From positions 32,001 to 96,000 of the forward strand of contig CAVYSE010000006.1 of assembly GCA_963771075.1 (NCBI GenBank): DNA of 64,000 bases. The letters run 5' to 3'. Each line of letters starts with the position of its first letter. Position 1 is the first letter of the stretch. The position numbers and the translations under genes were made by a program. Below the pieces are notes generated by a model. The model made no database searches and had not been told where the DNA came from. It saw only the letters and a program-made list of their open reading frames with translations. The stretch comes from a candidate division FCPU426 bacterium. GTDB taxonomy: Bacteria; Oederibacteriota; Muellerivitia; Muellerivitales; Muellerivitaceae. This document shows positions 29,412 through 40,589 of this stretch, piece after piece.

Positions 29412-30349
29412 AGTCGGGTGCGCTGATACCTGTTGGTTCGCTGCCTTATGTTGATACAACGCAAGCTGTTCAAGCCCATCTGCGGTATTTTCCAGAGATT
29501 CCGGCCTGGCCCCAACTGCCTAAACGTGCTTTGGGGGAAACCATCCTTTACCAAGGTCTGGGTGGCCTTTCGTTGGAGGATGACGTAGCTTTGACCGAAG
29601 GAGATGGAACGTGTTTTTTTGAGTTCCTTCGAACTTTCCCATCAATTCCAACTCAGCAAATTCTGGCTGTGAAGGGTCAGGTGGGAGGTCCGATCACATT
29701 AAGTTCTTTTTATAATGATGACACGGGTCGGCTTTTCAAAGATAAAGCCGACAAGTTGGATAAGCTAGCCCGGCATTTGTCCCAACATTTGCAATGGCAA
29801 ATCCATCAACTTTCCGCGCTAGGCAAACCGGTAATCTTTTTTTTGGATGAACCGATCTTGGGCCGGATCTTTGATCGGAATTCGAAGGGTCTTGGAAGGG
29901 AATGGGCAATCCCATTTTTGGATTCCTTGTTTCAAAAGATCAAAGAAATGGAAGCCTACAGTGGTATCCATTGCTGCGGGGAGGGGCCGTGGGGCTGGCT
30001 CTTTGACCTGAAAGTAGACTTTATCCATCTCGACACATCGCGATTTGGCCCGGATTTGATCCAAGACGCCCAGGCCCTTTGTGCTTTTTACGAAAGGGGA
30101 GGTTCTCTTATTTGGGGGGAAATACCTACTTCGCAAATTGATCATTCCGTAGGAAATTATTTAAAGGCCTGGGATCTCAAAGCCGAATCCCTCGTGGAAA
30201 AAGGAATCCCTCGCGGATACATTATGAAACATGCTTTTTTTTCAACCTCCTGCGGTTTGGGCGCCTCGACCTTGGAGGATTGCGGTTTTGCCCTGAAAAT
30301 GTTGAAAATGTTTTCTGATGAATGGAGGAGGCGTAATGCCGCGGAATAA
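29399..30349 (+). CDS. Single-barrel (core) cobalamin-independent methionine synthase-like protein
   Basis: GSLP, WPQLP, KGQVGGPIT, LDEP, and putative Zn ligands in GIHCC and TSCGL. The start could be 29378. Confidence 0.7.
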   Translation: MEGIKSGALIPVGSLPYVDTTQAVQAHLRYFPEIPAWPQLPKRALGETILYQGLGGLSLEDDVALTEGDGTCFFEFLRTFPSIPTQQILAVKGQVGGPITLSSFYNDDTGRLFKDKADKLDKLARHLSQHLQWQIHQLSALGKPVIFFLDEPILGRIFDRNSKGLGREWAIPFLDSLFQKIKEMEAYSGIHCCGEGPWGWLFDLKVDFIHLDTSRFGPDLIQDAQALCAFYERGGSLIWGEIPTSQIDHSVGNYLKAWDLKAESLVEKGIPRGYIMKHAFFSTSCGLGASTLEDCGFALKMLKMFSDEWRRRNAAE

Positions 30350-30413
30350 TCCGCCCTTTTTACGTTGATTAGTCTCGAAACCGCATCTTATGATTAAAAG
30401 ATTGGAGGGAGCA

Positions 30414-30635
30414 ATGTTAGAAGAAGTAAACCGAGTCATCTCCGAGATCCGTCCCATCCTTGAAGCGGATGGCGGTAATATTGAGGTTGTGTCGGTCTCT
30501 AATGACGGAATTGTCAGCGTGAAGTTAAAGGGCGCCTGCGTCCACTGTCCAAGCTCGATCATGACACTCAAGCAGGGCGTGGAACGCATCCTTATGGAAC
30601 AAATTCCAGAGGTAAAGGAAGTAGTCGCGGTCTAA
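30414..30635 (+). CDS. NifU/Nfu-family Fe-S cluster carrier
   Basis: IRPILEADGGNIE and GACVHCPSS..TLKQGVE motifs; GGAGG RBS. Confidence 0.92.
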   Translation: MLEEVNRVISEIRPILEADGGNIEVVSVSNDGIVSVKLKGACVHCPSSIMTLKQGVERILMEQIPEVKEVVAV

Positions 30636-30800
30636 CACGCTCGCCGATTGTTTTGCCTTTTTATTTGGGGTTTCTATCGAAGTCTTTTATACTGTGGCCA
30701 CCTTTCTTTTCCAACTCCCAAGCTTATGCCGTTTAAAACATCGTATTCCCGGATCGACCAATGGATTCGGTGAAATTTTATTTTTCCTTGAGGGGGAGAC

Positions 30801-32096
30801 TTGATCCCGCGTTACAGCCTTCCGCAAATGGAAGCTATTTGGTCCGAAGAATCCAAGTTCAATGCATGGCTTCGAGTCGAATTGGCCGCTTGCGAGGCTT
30901 GGGCAAAACTTAAAAAAATTCCACCAAAAGACTTGCGAATCATACTTAAAAAAGCCAAGTTTAACGTCAAGCGTATTGAAGCGATCGAGCGCAAGACCAA
31001 CCACGACCTGATCTCCTTTCTCACCTCGGTGGCAGAAAACGTTGGTCCTTCCTCGCGGTTTATTCACTTGGGTTTGACTTCGACCGACGTGGTGGACACC
31101 GCCCAGGCCATACAGTTGGTTCAGGCCTGCGATATAATTTTGGGCCAATTAAGCCGTTTGAGAAAAATCCTCCATCGTCAGGCTAAGGCGCATAAATACT
31201 CCATGATGATCGGACGCACCCACGGAGTGCACGCGGAGCCGGTTACCTTTGGATTGAAAATGGCCCTCTGGTACGACGAGGTGGGACGGGATGTCGAAAG
31301 GCTGGAATTGGCCCGCAGGCAAGTTGCTGTGGGAAAAATTTCCGGTGCGGTTGGCACCCTCGCCAATATCGATCCTCGGGTCGAGAAGTTCGTTTGCGCC
31401 CGTCTTGGCTTGGCTCCCGCGCCCGTTTCCACCCAAACCCTTCAACGGGACCGCCACGCTTTCCTACTCTCGGTTTTGGCTGTCATCGCTTCCTCCCTCG
31501 AAAAATTCTCCACGGAGATTCGCAACCTCCAGCGCACCGAGCTATTGGAGGTGGAGGAATTTTTCGCCGAGGGTCAGAAGGGTTCCTCGGCCATGCCACA
31601 CAAGCGGAACCCCCTCACGGCTGAGCGGGTCGCGGGCCTTTCCCGCGTTATCCGGGGCTATGCGGTTGCGGCCCAGGAAAATGTTGCCCTCTGGCACGAA
31701 CGGGACATCACCCATTCTTCGGCGGAGCGCGTCATTCTTCCCGATTCCACCATCCTCCTTCATTACATGCTCGAGAAATTTATCAATGTCATGGACAAAC
31801 TCAATGTTTATCCAAAACGTATGCTGGAAAACATCCAGCTGACCCGGGGTCTGGTCTCTTCCCAAAAGGTGCTCCTGGCCCTGGTTGGAAAGGGATTTAC
31901 ACGCGAACAAGCTTACGCCATGGTCCAACGCAATGCCCTGAACGCCTGGAAGAACCAATTGAATTTCAAGGATCTCATATTGGAAGACGCGCAAGTGAGG
32001 CAAAAGATGACGGTCCCAGAAGTTGAAGCCTGTTTTGACCTCTCTTACCATGTGAGGAATGTGGACTATATCTTCAAAAGAGCCGGCATTCGCTAA
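30801..32096 (+). CDS. purB: Adenylosuccinate lyase
   Basis: MIPRY, GRTHGVHAEP and GSSAMPHKRNP motifs. Confidence 0.96.
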   Translation: MIPRYSLPQMEAIWSEESKFNAWLRVELAACEAWAKLKKIPPKDLRIILKKAKFNVKRIEAIERKTNHDLISFLTSVAENVGPSSRFIHLGLTSTDVVDTAQAIQLVQACDIILGQLSRLRKILHRQAKAHKYSMMIGRTHGVHAEPVTFGLKMALWYDEVGRDVERLELARRQVAVGKISGAVGTLANIDPRVEKFVCARLGLAPAPVSTQTLQRDRHAFLLSVLAVIASSLEKFSTEIRNLQRTELLEVEEFFAEGQKGSSAMPHKRNPLTAERVAGLSRVIRGYAVAAQENVALWHERDITHSSAERVILPDSTILLHYMLEKFINVMDKLNVYPKRMLENIQLTRGLVSSQKVLLALVGKGFTREQAYAMVQRNALNAWKNQLNFKDLILEDAQVRQKMTVPEVEACFDLSYHVRNVDYIFKRAGIR

Positions 32097-32112
32097 ACCT
32101 TAGGAGAAGAAC

Positions 32113-32367
32113 ATGGCTTGGCACATCAATGTTTTTGTGACTCTCAAACCATCCGTCATGGACCCACAGGGGGCTACGGTCCAACGGGCCCTGAACCAAA
32201 TGGGTTATCAGTTCGTGACGGGCGTGCGCATGGGCAAGTTCACGGAACTTGATTTCGACGGATCCCTGAATGAAGAAGAAGCCAAGGCAAAAGCCAATGA
32301 GATCTGCGACAAATTGTTGGCCAACCCCAATATCGAATCCTACCGTTTCAGCCTGGACAAGAAATGA
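32113..32367 (+). CDS. purS: FGAM synthase subunit PurS
   Basis: [10 protein letters not shown] and [10 protein letters not shown] motifs. Confidence 0.95.
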   Translation: MAWHINVFVTLKPSVMDPQGATVQRALNQMGYQFVTGVRMGKFTELDFDGSLNEEEAKAKANEICDKLLANPNIESYRFSLDKK

Positions 32368-33065
32368 GATTTTCCATCACTGTTTTCCCCGGTTCCAATT
32401 GCGATCATGATTGCGAATACTCGGTGGGTGAAATCATGGGCCAACCGGTGGAGATGATCTGGCACAAGGACACCGACCTCAAGAAACCCGACTGCGTCGT
32501 TGTTCCCGGAGGGTTTTCATATGGCGATTATTTGCGGACGGGTGCGATCGCCCGCTTTTCTCCGGTCTTGAAGTCGGTGGCTGATTTCGCCGCCCAGGGG
32601 GGGCTGGTCATCGGAATATGCAATGGATTCCAAATTCTTTGTGAGGCGGGGTTACTGCCCGGAGCGCTTATTCGCAATAAGAGCCTTCAATTTATCTGCC
32701 AGAACGTTTATATGCGCGTGGAGCAAACGAAAACCCCCTTTACCTCCGCCTGTAAACCGGGCCAAGTATTAAAACTCCCCATTGCCCACGGGGAAGGGAA
32801 CTATTTCATTGACCCGGAAGGCATGAAAAAACTGGAAGATAAAGGATCTATTGTGGTGCGGTATTGCGATCCTCAAGGCGCCTTAACGGATGAGGCCAAT
32901 CCCAACGGTTCACTCCAATCGGTGGCCGGTATTTGCAATGAAAACCGAAACGTTTTCGGCCTGATGCCTCATCCCGATCGTTCGTGTGAGGACGCGTTAG
33001 GAAGCCATGACGGCCTTTATATTTGGCAATCCATCCTGGCCTCGTGCACCGGAGCGGTCAAATGA
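32364..33065 (+). CDS. purQ: FGAM synthase glutaminase subunit PurQ
   Basis: [24 protein letters not shown] and GLMPHP motifs. Confidence 0.96.
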   Translation: MRFSITVFPGSNCDHDCEYSVGEIMGQPVEMIWHKDTDLKKPDCVVVPGGFSYGDYLRTGAIARFSPVLKSVADFAAQGGLVIGICNGFQILCEAGLLPGALIRNKSLQFICQNVYMRVEQTKTPFTSACKPGQVLKLPIAHGEGNYFIDPEGMKKLEDKGSIVVRYCDPQGALTDEANPNGSLQSVAGICNENRNVFGLMPHPDRSCEDALGSHDGLYIWQSILASCTGAVK

Positions 33066-35284
33066 CCGACTCGAATTTCGAGATTACGCCCAAGATCATC
33101 AAAGAACATGGCCTTAAGGAAGAGGAATACAAGCGCATCTGCGACATTTTGGGGCGAACACCCAACCTCAACGAACTGGGCGTCTATTCGGTCATGTGGA
33201 GCGAGCATTGCGGGTACAAGCATTCCCGCGCGTTGTTAAAGACCCTGCCCACTAAAGGCCCCAAGGTTCTCCAAGGTCCGGGTGAGAACGCCGGCATCAT
33301 GGATATAGGGGAGGGTTGGGCCGTGGCCTTCAAGGTCGAGTCCCACAACCATCCTTCCGCCATCGAACCCTACCAGGGCGCGGCGACGGGCGTGGGCGGC
33401 ATTCTGCGCGATATTTTCACCATGGGCGCTCGGCCGGTGGCCAGCTTGAATTCTCTTCGTTTTGGATCCTTGTCCGACCCGAAGGTAAAGCGCTTGTTTG
33501 CCGGCGTGGTGCATGGGATCGCCGATTACGGGAACTGCATGGGCATCCCCACTGTGGCAGGTGAGGTGGTATTCGACGAAAGCTACGCCGAGAACTGCCT
33601 TGTGAACGCAATGAGCGTGGGCTTGGTCAAACACGACCAGATCATACGGGGCCGGGCCACCGGCAAAAACAACGCGGTGATATACATCGGGGCCACCACC
33701 GGCCGGGACGGTATACACGGCGCCACTTTCGCCTCAACCGAAATCACCGACGAGTCCACTGAAAAAAGGAGCGCGGTCCAAGTGGCCGATCCTTTCATGG
33801 AAAAATTGCTCATGGAAGCCACACTGGAGCTTATTCACGGGAATTATCTGGTGGGAATTCAAGACATGGGCGCGGCGGGCCTGACCTGCTCCACCTGTGA
33901 GATGGCCAGCCGGGGAGGTGCGGGCATTGAGATCGACGTGGCCAAGGTGCCCCAGCGTGAAAAGGGCATGTCGCCTTATGAGATTCTCCTCTCCGAGTCC
34001 CAGGAGCGCATGCTCCTGGTGGCCAAACCTGGTTTTGAGCAAAAGGTCCACGATATCCTGGCCAAATGGGACTTGCACGCGGCCACCATCGGTTTTGTGA
34101 CCGACACGGGAAGAATGGTCGTGAAGGAAAACGGGAAGGTCGTTGTGGATGTGCCCGCCGAATCCCTTACCGAGGCGCCGGTCTACCATCCCGCCAAGAG
34201 TGAACCCGGCATCCTGAAAGAACATCGCGAGTTCAATGAGTCCACAATCCCCGATTGCAACGATCCCTTGCGGGTTCTGAAAAGACTATTGTCCGATCCG
34301 ACCATCGCGAGTAAAAGATGGGTCTACCGCCAATACGACCACATGGTTCGTTCCAACACCCTTATTCGCCCCGGTTCGGACGCGGCAGTTATAAGGGTAA
34401 AGGGGACGAACTTTGGGTTGGCCATGACCATTGACGGCATTGGCTCCTACTGCGCATTGGACCCCTATGAGGGCGCTAAAATCGTGGTGGCCGAATCAGC
34501 GCGCAATATCGCCTGTTCGGGTGCCGAGCCGATCGGTATGACCGACTGCCTGAATTTCGGTAACCCCGAGAAACCCGAGGTTTTCTACTATTTTGACAAG
34601 GTTGTCTCCGGCCTGGGCGACGCCTGCAGGGGCCTTGGAATTCCCATCACTGGGGGCAATGTTTCCCTTTATAACGAAAACCCGACCGGGGCCATCGATC
34701 CCACTCCCATCTGCGGAATGATAGGCCTTTTCAAAAATGTGGGAAAAAGCGTCACCCAATGGTTCAAGGATGAGGGCGATGCGGTCTATCTGTTGGGCGA
34801 TATCGGGGATTCCATCGGGGGAAGCCGATACCTGCAGTTGGTTCACAATCGTAAAACCGGGCTGTGCCCCCGTTTAAACATCGATACTGAAAAAAAACTC
34901 CATCAGACGCTCATTCATGGAGCCGAAAAAGAACTCTTTCAAAGCGCCCATGATTGCTCGGACGGCGGCTTTGCCGTGGCTCTGGCTGAATGTTGTTTTA
35001 CGGGCGTGACCCACGAGAATAAAAGATTAGGCGTAAAGTCCACCCTGCCCGGTGAAGGTCGGTTGGATGGCCGTCTATTTGGGGAAGCCCAATCCCGCGC
35101 CATCGTTTCCTGCAGGCCCGCCAAGGCCGCTCAGGTGGAAGCCCTGGCTAAATCGTTCGGTGTTCCAATAACACCCATAGGCTTGGTTACAGGGGAGAAA
35201 TTGGAAATTGCGAACGTTTTAACCGCTCCGGTCGCGGAGTTGGGGGACTTGTTTTTCACATCCATTGAAAAGATGATGGGCTGA
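33062..35284 (+). CDS. purL: FGAM synthase subunit PurL
   Basis: [27 protein letters not shown] and HDCSDGG motifs; ATG 33062 overlaps the purQ stop. Confidence 0.96.
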   Translation: MTDSNFEITPKIIKEHGLKEEEYKRICDILGRTPNLNELGVYSVMWSEHCGYKHSRALLKTLPTKGPKVLQGPGENAGIMDIGEGWAVAFKVESHNHPSAIEPYQGAATGVGGILRDIFTMGARPVASLNSLRFGSLSDPKVKRLFAGVVHGIADYGNCMGIPTVAGEVVFDESYAENCLVNAMSVGLVKHDQIIRGRATGKNNAVIYIGATTGRDGIHGATFASTEITDESTEKRSAVQVADPFMEKLLMEATLELIHGNYLVGIQDMGAAGLTCSTCEMASRGGAGIEIDVAKVPQREKGMSPYEILLSESQERMLLVAKPGFEQKVHDILAKWDLHAATIGFVTDTGRMVVKENGKVVVDVPAESLTEAPVYHPAKSEPGILKEHREFNESTIPDCNDPLRVLKRLLSDPTIASKRWVYRQYDHMVRSNTLIRPGSDAAVIRVKGTNFGLAMTIDGIGSYCALDPYEGAKIVVAESARNIACSGAEPIGMTDCLNFGNPEKPEVFYYFDKVVSGLGDACRGLGIPITGGNVSLYNENPTGAIDPTPICGMIGLFKNVGKSVTQWFKDEGDAVYLLGDIGDSIGGSRYLQLVHNRKTGLCPRLNIDTEKKLHQTLIHGAEKELFQSAHDCSDGGFAVALAECCFTGVTHENKRLGVKSTLPGEGRLDGRLFGEAQSRAIVSCRPAKAAQVEALAKSFGVPITPIGLVTGEKLEIANVLTAPVAELGDLFFTSIEKMMG

Positions 35285-35293
35285 TCAAAGAGT

Positions 35294-36727
35294 TTGCCCA
35301 AGGAGGATGGTTTGCCTTATTTCGCGGAAGATGACAAACCACACGATCAGTGCGGGGTTTTTGGTATTTGGGGTCACCCCGAATCCGCCAAGATCACCTA
35401 TCTGGGACTCCATTCCCTTCAACACCGGGGGCAGGAATCTGCGGGCATTTGCACCATGCAAAATGGCCAACTTTTTAACCACAAGCGTATGGGCCTGGTC
35501 GCCGATATTTTCCACGAAGAGGACTTCAAGAACCTGCCGGGTCCTGCCGCCATCGGCCATGTTCGCTACTCCACCACCGGTTCTTCCCAATTGCGCAATG
35601 CCCAGCCCATTGCCGTTGAATACGCCCGGGGTTCCATTGCCCTTGCCCACAATGGCAATTTGGTCAACGCCCGCCGAATTCGGGACGAACTCGAGGCCAG
35701 AGGTTCCATTTTTGTTTCCACGGTCGATTCGGAGGTCATCATCCATCTCCTGGCCCGATCCAGCAGTCACACCCTCATCGAGAGTCTGATCGAGTCTCTG
35801 AAGAAAGTCCGGGGGGCCTATTCCTTGCTGGTACTTTCCGATGAGGGGCTCATCGGCATGCGCGACCCAAACGGATTCCGTCCCCTCTGCCTGGGGAAAT
35901 TGGATAACGCCTGGGTTTTGGCAAGCGAAACCTGCGCTTTCGACATTATCGATGCCAAGTATGTTCGCGACGTGGAGCCAGGAGAGATCGTCCTGATTAA
36001 TGAAAACGGACTCGTCTCTATTAAACCCTTTGAGGAAGTCCCGCATGCCTCCTGTATTTTCGAATACATCTATTTCGCCAGGCCTGATTCGCGTATTTAC
36101 AACACCAGTGTGCAAAAGGTGCGCAAACGCCTGGGTGCTATCCTAGCCCAAGAATCGGCCGTACCTGCGGACGTGGTAGTGCCCGTGCCGGACTCCTCCA
36201 ACATGGCCGCCACCGGTTTCGCAGAAGCATCTAAGATTCCATACGAAATGGGTCTAATCCGAAACCATTACATTGGCCGTACCTTTATTGAACCTAACCA
36301 GGCCATCCGTGATTTTGGAGCCCGGTTGAAATACAATCCGGTACGCGAATCATTGGAAGGGAAGCGAGTTATTCTTATAGACGATTCCATTGTCCGTGGA
36401 ACCACCATGCGCAAGATCGTGAAGATGCTCCGCAATGTGGGGGCCAAGGAGATTCATCTACGAATTACCTCACCCGCCATCATATCGCCCTGTTTTTACG
36501 GGATGGATTTTCCGAGCCGAAAGGAGCTTATCGCCGCTACCCACAATTTGGATGAGATCAGGACCTACCTGCGGGTGGATAGTATCGCTTATCTCTCCGT
36601 CGCCGGCATGATGAAGGCGGTGGAAGGTACGCCCCAGGGTCATTGCACTGCCTGTTTTACGAGTCAATATCCCGTTCCATTTGATGAGGAAACTGAGAAA
36701 TACAGCCTTGAAGTGGCGAAGTGCTGA
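35294..36727 (+). CDS. purF: Amidophosphoribosyltransferase
   Basis: Propeptide followed by CGVFG, LQHRGQE, DDSIVRGTT and Fe-S cysteines. Confidence 0.96.
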   Translation: MPKEDGLPYFAEDDKPHDQCGVFGIWGHPESAKITYLGLHSLQHRGQESAGICTMQNGQLFNHKRMGLVADIFHEEDFKNLPGPAAIGHVRYSTTGSSQLRNAQPIAVEYARGSIALAHNGNLVNARRIRDELEARGSIFVSTVDSEVIIHLLARSSSHTLIESLIESLKKVRGAYSLLVLSDEGLIGMRDPNGFRPLCLGKLDNAWVLASETCAFDIIDAKYVRDVEPGEIVLINENGLVSIKPFEEVPHASCIFEYIYFARPDSRIYNTSVQKVRKRLGAILAQESAVPADVVVPVPDSSNMAATGFAEASKIPYEMGLIRNHYIGRTFIEPNQAIRDFGARLKYNPVRESLEGKRVILIDDSIVRGTTMRKIVKMLRNVGAKEIHLRITSPAIISPCFYGMDFPSRKELIAATHNLDEIRTYLRVDSIAYLSVAGMMKAVEGTPQGHCTACFTSQYPVPFDEETEKYSLEVAKC

Positions 36728-36810
36728 AAATATAAAAGGTTTTGCCCTTTCGGTTATAAAGGTTTATCGTTTGCGGAAGGCCTCTTTTAGGCGGGACCGC
36801 GTGAACGGAC

Positions 36811-38079
36811 CTAGCCCGCCTTGACGACCCGATTCCTTCCAGCTTCCTTGGCCTCGTAAAGCGCCTTATCTGCCCTTTTGATTACATCGTGGTAGTCAAT
36901 TGAATTTTTTTTATGTTCGGCGATCCCGACACTGATAGTGATCTGGACCTTTTTTCCGCGGGGTTGTTCCTCAGCGGGTTCTTCGGGTCTTTCATCGCCT
37001 CGACGGCTTTTGTGCCGCAAGGAGAACTTCCGTTTGGCCAGGGATTCCCGAGTTTTTTCCATTTGGGATTCCGCCTCGTCCTTCTTTTCCTTCTCGAACA
37101 CGACGCAAAACTCCTCGCCTCCGTAGCGGTAGATGTCTTTTCCCAAATGTCCCTGCAGATGCTGGGCCACCATGCGCAGCACATGGTCCCCTTCGGCGTG
37201 TCCGTAGGTATCGTTGAATTTCTTGAAATGGTCAATGTCCACCATGGCCAAGGCATAGGTCCCATGAAGGGTATGGAGACGGTCATCCAGGGCCTGTCGG
37301 TTAGGAACCCCGGTTAAGGGGTCTAGATATACCCGGTTCCAGTACATGCGAAGGATCACATGTAAAAACACAAAAGAAAGAACCAAGTAGCAACTGGTGA
37401 CCAGGAACCGGTTGGTGGGTTGAAAGGATGGGTCTGTCGGGGTCAGGGAAAGGTAAAGGGCTAGGTAAAGGGGTACGCGAGTGATGTAAAAGGCGAGGAG
37501 GAAAGGCTTGATCTTCGAGTCATCCAGAAAATAGATCAGGGCCGCGAATAACAACAAGGTCAGGATGGCCAACTCGGGCCAAACGGCCAGGGAACCGCCC
37601 AGGTATTTCCAGTGCAGGACCTTTTTATGGATATCGGGCGCCCAACCGGAAAGGGCCGCCAAGACAAGCAATGGGGAGGAGGCTAGGGCAATCCGGCTAA
37701 TGGAATGTTCACTCAAAAGACGACATTCCTTGATCGAAAAAAGGATAAGCCAGAAAAGTGGAAGACCCGCGGAAAGAATGTCAAAAGTAGTAACCCGATC
37801 CGTCGAGAGAGCGACTACCTTCGAGGGGTCTAATAGATATATATATAGGAATAGGTCCGTTAATACGGCCCAAAAAACCCTTGTTTGGTTGATTTGCCAG
37901 CCGAGAAGGGCCACGATCCCTAAAAGAAGATATGGGGTATAAACGAAAAAAGTATTCAGCGGTGTGGAAGAGATCCTGGGGAATAGAAGATTTTGAAGCA
38001 AAAAGAGAATCAATGGCAAAACACTAAGTCCCAGGTAAATGAGAACCCATTGGCTAGTTAATGTTTTGGCCTTTGGCAT
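36811..38079 (-). CDS. Membrane-bound diguanylate cyclase (GGDEF)
   Basis: About eight hydrophobic helices, then DPLTG, DIDHFKKFNDTYGH and RYGGEEF. Confidence 0.9.
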   Translation of the reverse strand: MPKAKTLTSQWVLIYLGLSVLPLILFLLQNLLFPRISSTPLNTFFVYTPYLLLGIVALLGWQINQTRVFWAVLTDLFLYIYLLDPSKVVALSTDRVTTFDILSAGLPLFWLILFSIKECRLLSEHSISRIALASSPLLVLAALSGWAPDIHKKVLHWKYLGGSLAVWPELAILTLLLFAALIYFLDDSKIKPFLLAFYITRVPLYLALYLSLTPTDPSFQPTNRFLVTSCYLVLSFVFLHVILRMYWNRVYLDPLTGVPNRQALDDRLHTLHGTYALAMVDIDHFKKFNDTYGHAEGDHVLRMVAQHLQGHLGKDIYRYGGEEFCVVFEKEKKDEAESQMEKTRESLAKRKFSLRHKSRRGDERPEEPAEEQPRGKKVQITISVGIAEHKKNSIDYHDVIKRADKALYEAKEAGRNRVVKAG

Positions 38080-38236
38080 CCGCCGCCCCTTGATGACTTG
38101 GTCAATCAAAATCTGGCATCATCTAACCAAAGGCGTAAGAGAATGTAAATGGAACCATCATTCTCTTTTGGCTATTGGTTTACTGCGAGCATCACTCTAT
38201 ATATTGTGTGGCGCGACATGAACGGAGGAGGAAGTA

Positions 38237-38725
38237 ATGGAATTTAATGCGTCATTGAAAGATCACTTCATCAAATTGCTTGCCTACGATCAATGGGCGA
38301 ACGGCCTATTGCTCAAGGACATGGAAGCCCTGCCGACGCCCGACCCCATCGCGCTGGCAAGGATGTCCCATATTCTCACCGCCGAGGATATATGGTTGAC
38401 CCGTCTCGAAGGTCGGGACAGTTTGGGATTCACCACGACTTGGGTGGACCGCTCCCTGGCCGAATGCAGGGAAAAACTATCCGAATTGGCAAAAAGATGG
38501 ACGGACTATTTGTCCCGCTTGGAGGATAAGGAATTCGGGAGGATTGTTTCTTACAAGAACACGAAGGGACAAGCCTATCAGATGGCGGCCGGCGGAATCC
38601 TGACCCAGGTTTTCGACCACGGCAGCTACCACCGGGGCCAGATCGCGACGGCCATCAAAAAGGGGGGCGGAGAACCCCACAGTCCGGGCTTCTATGGTTT
38701 TGTCTTGGATCAAGAAAACAAATAA
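38237..38725 (+). CDS. DinB/YfiT-family protein
   Basis: YDQWAN, HILTAEDIW and HGSYHRGQI motifs. Confidence 0.88.
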   Translation: MEFNASLKDHFIKLLAYDQWANGLLLKDMEALPTPDPIALARMSHILTAEDIWLTRLEGRDSLGFTTTWVDRSLAECREKLSELAKRWTDYLSRLEDKEFGRIVSYKNTKGQAYQMAAGGILTQVFDHGSYHRGQIATAIKKGGGEPHSPGFYGFVLDQENK

Positions 38726-38873
38726 GGACGGTCATCGCGTGATGGGTTTAGGGTTTTTACAGGGAGCCCCAGGTTAGACGGGGAACGATACATCGATTAT
38801 CCCTTGTTCTCCGCTCCACCTCCCTTTACGATATGCGAACGATGCAAAATTTCAACGACCATGAACCGTTCAA

Positions 38874-39929
38874 TTGGGGGAACCCTTGAAACAGATCTCT
38901 TACGAGGATGCTGGAGTCAATATTGATAAGGGCAACGAGTCCGTCCAGCGCATCAAACAGCTGGTCAGAAAAACCTTTAACACTTCCGTCCTTTCCGATA
39001 TCGGTTTATTTGGGGGTCTTTTCGAGTTCGACACCACTCGGTATAAAAAACCGGTACTCGTTTCTTCCACGGACGGAGTAGGCACCAAGACCCAGATCGG
39101 CGTGGAGATGAACAGGTTTAGGGGCCTGGGAGCGGATATCGTGGGTCATTCCATCAATGACATTTTGGTCCAGGGCGCCAAACCGCTTTTCTTTCTTGAT
39201 TACCTGGCCGCCGGAAAGTTGGAAGTGGATGTGGTGGCCGAAATTGTATCCGGTATGACGGATGAATGCGTCAAGGCAGGGCTAGTCCTCATTGGTGGGG
39301 AAACGGCGGAAATGCCATCGGTGTACAAAGAGGGGGATTACGATATCGCCGGAACTATCGTGGGGGTCGTGGAAAAGGACAAGGTTATTCGCGGCCTAAA
39401 CGTGGCACCCGGCGACGTGGTGATCGGCCTGCCGTCGGTTTCGCTCCATACGAACGGATATTCCCTGGCACGCAAATTAGTCAAGGAAGTGGCGGGCCTA
39501 AAATATACCGATAGGGTGGCCGAATTGGGCGGGGTCATCGGCGAACAACTGTTGATTCCCCATAAAAGCTATTTCCATGAGATTTACCCCATCTTGGACA
39601 GGGTCGAGGTGAAAGCGATGGCCCATATCACTGGTGGTGGGCTGATCGATAACCCACCCAGGGTTCTCCCTGATGGCCGCCGCATAAGGTTCAAGAAGGG
39701 TTCCTGGCCTATCCCGCCACTTTTTCGCTGGATGGTCAAGACAGGGAACCTCTCTGAGTTTGAGTCCTACCGGTCCCTCAACATGGGCATCGGGATGATC
39801 TTGCTGGTGGGAAAGGTGGAGGCAGAAAAGGCTCTTGGTGAACTCAAAAAGAACGGCGCCGAACCTTTCACTATCGGGGAAGTCATTGCGGGTAACCGTG
39901 GGGTTGAGTTCGACTCGCCGCTCAGCTAA
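38874..39929 (+). CDS. purM: AIR synthase
   Basis: YEDAGVNI, TDGVGTK, GGETAEMP and AHITGGG motifs. Confidence 0.96.
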   Translation: MGEPLKQISYEDAGVNIDKGNESVQRIKQLVRKTFNTSVLSDIGLFGGLFEFDTTRYKKPVLVSSTDGVGTKTQIGVEMNRFRGLGADIVGHSINDILVQGAKPLFFLDYLAAGKLEVDVVAEIVSGMTDECVKAGLVLIGGETAEMPSVYKEGDYDIAGTIVGVVEKDKVIRGLNVAPGDVVIGLPSVSLHTNGYSLARKLVKEVAGLKYTDRVAELGGVIGEQLLIPHKSYFHEIYPILDRVEVKAMAHITGGGLIDNPPRVLPDGRRIRFKKGSWPIPPLFRWMVKTGNLSEFESYRSLNMGIGMILLVGKVEAEKALGELKKNGAEPFTIGEVIAGNRGVEFDSPLS

Positions 39930-39958
39930 GTAAATCGAATAGGGTTTTTGGGTGAGAT

Positions 39959-40168
39959 TTAGGAGTCGCTATTCAGTTCGGTTGGCGGTTGGGACCCATC
40001 CTTCCCTTTACCCGTTTTTTTAATTTCCTTTTGAATTTCGAACTTATTCGTCACCCGCATGAAGCATTTGGGACAAATGCCATGGGTCTTCGATGGATCG
40101 TCGAAGGGTTCTTTTTCTCCCATCATGGAGTTGCAATAGGCGCAAATAATGAGCATGGGCACTATCAT
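39959..40168 (-). CDS. Small putative zinc-binding protein (CxxC...HGICxxC)
   Basis: ICAYC...THGICPKC motif. The start is uncertain (40156 or 40168). Confidence 0.6.
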   Translation of the reverse strand: MIVPMLIICAYCNSMMGEKEPFDDPSKTHGICPKCFMRVTNKFEIQKEIKKTGKGKDGSQPPTELNSDS

Positions 40169-40589
40169 CCCTATGTGAAAAAACAAAAAAAATACTAATA
40201 GACCTGGAAAAAGGCCAGTCGATTACCCGATTAAATTAATGGCTCTTTTGTTGCGTTCAAAGGGTCGTTTCTTGAGTGTTATTCGCATGACCAAAAGTCC
40301 ATGAAAGGTTTTTTGAAATTTATAAGCATTGGCATAATCTCAAGGGCATATATGTTGCAACTTCTTAAGGTGGATAATCCGTAGGAATAGAATTTTTTCT
40401 AGATCCTGTTATTAGATTTTATGGTCATTTCATATTCGCTTTAATGGAGAAGTCTTAGCTCGCAGGTTGGTAAATAAATGGCAAAGCCTACATTTCTGTA
40501 GGTCCAAGAGACTAGGACTTCCAACCATCCTTATGATCAATGTTATAATTTCGCCGTAAGACTTATTAAAAAATTTTAGGGATATTTTG

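Noticed and set aside
30636..30800. Purine, ZTP or PRPP riboswitch upstream of purB (also checked upstream of purM)
   Set aside because: No recognisable consensus motifs.
40465..40527. Possible c-di-GMP riboswitch (GGCAAA plus hairpins) upstream of the HEPN gene
   Set aside because: It lacks the GAAA tetraloop and GACGCAAA elements; only short hairpins are present.
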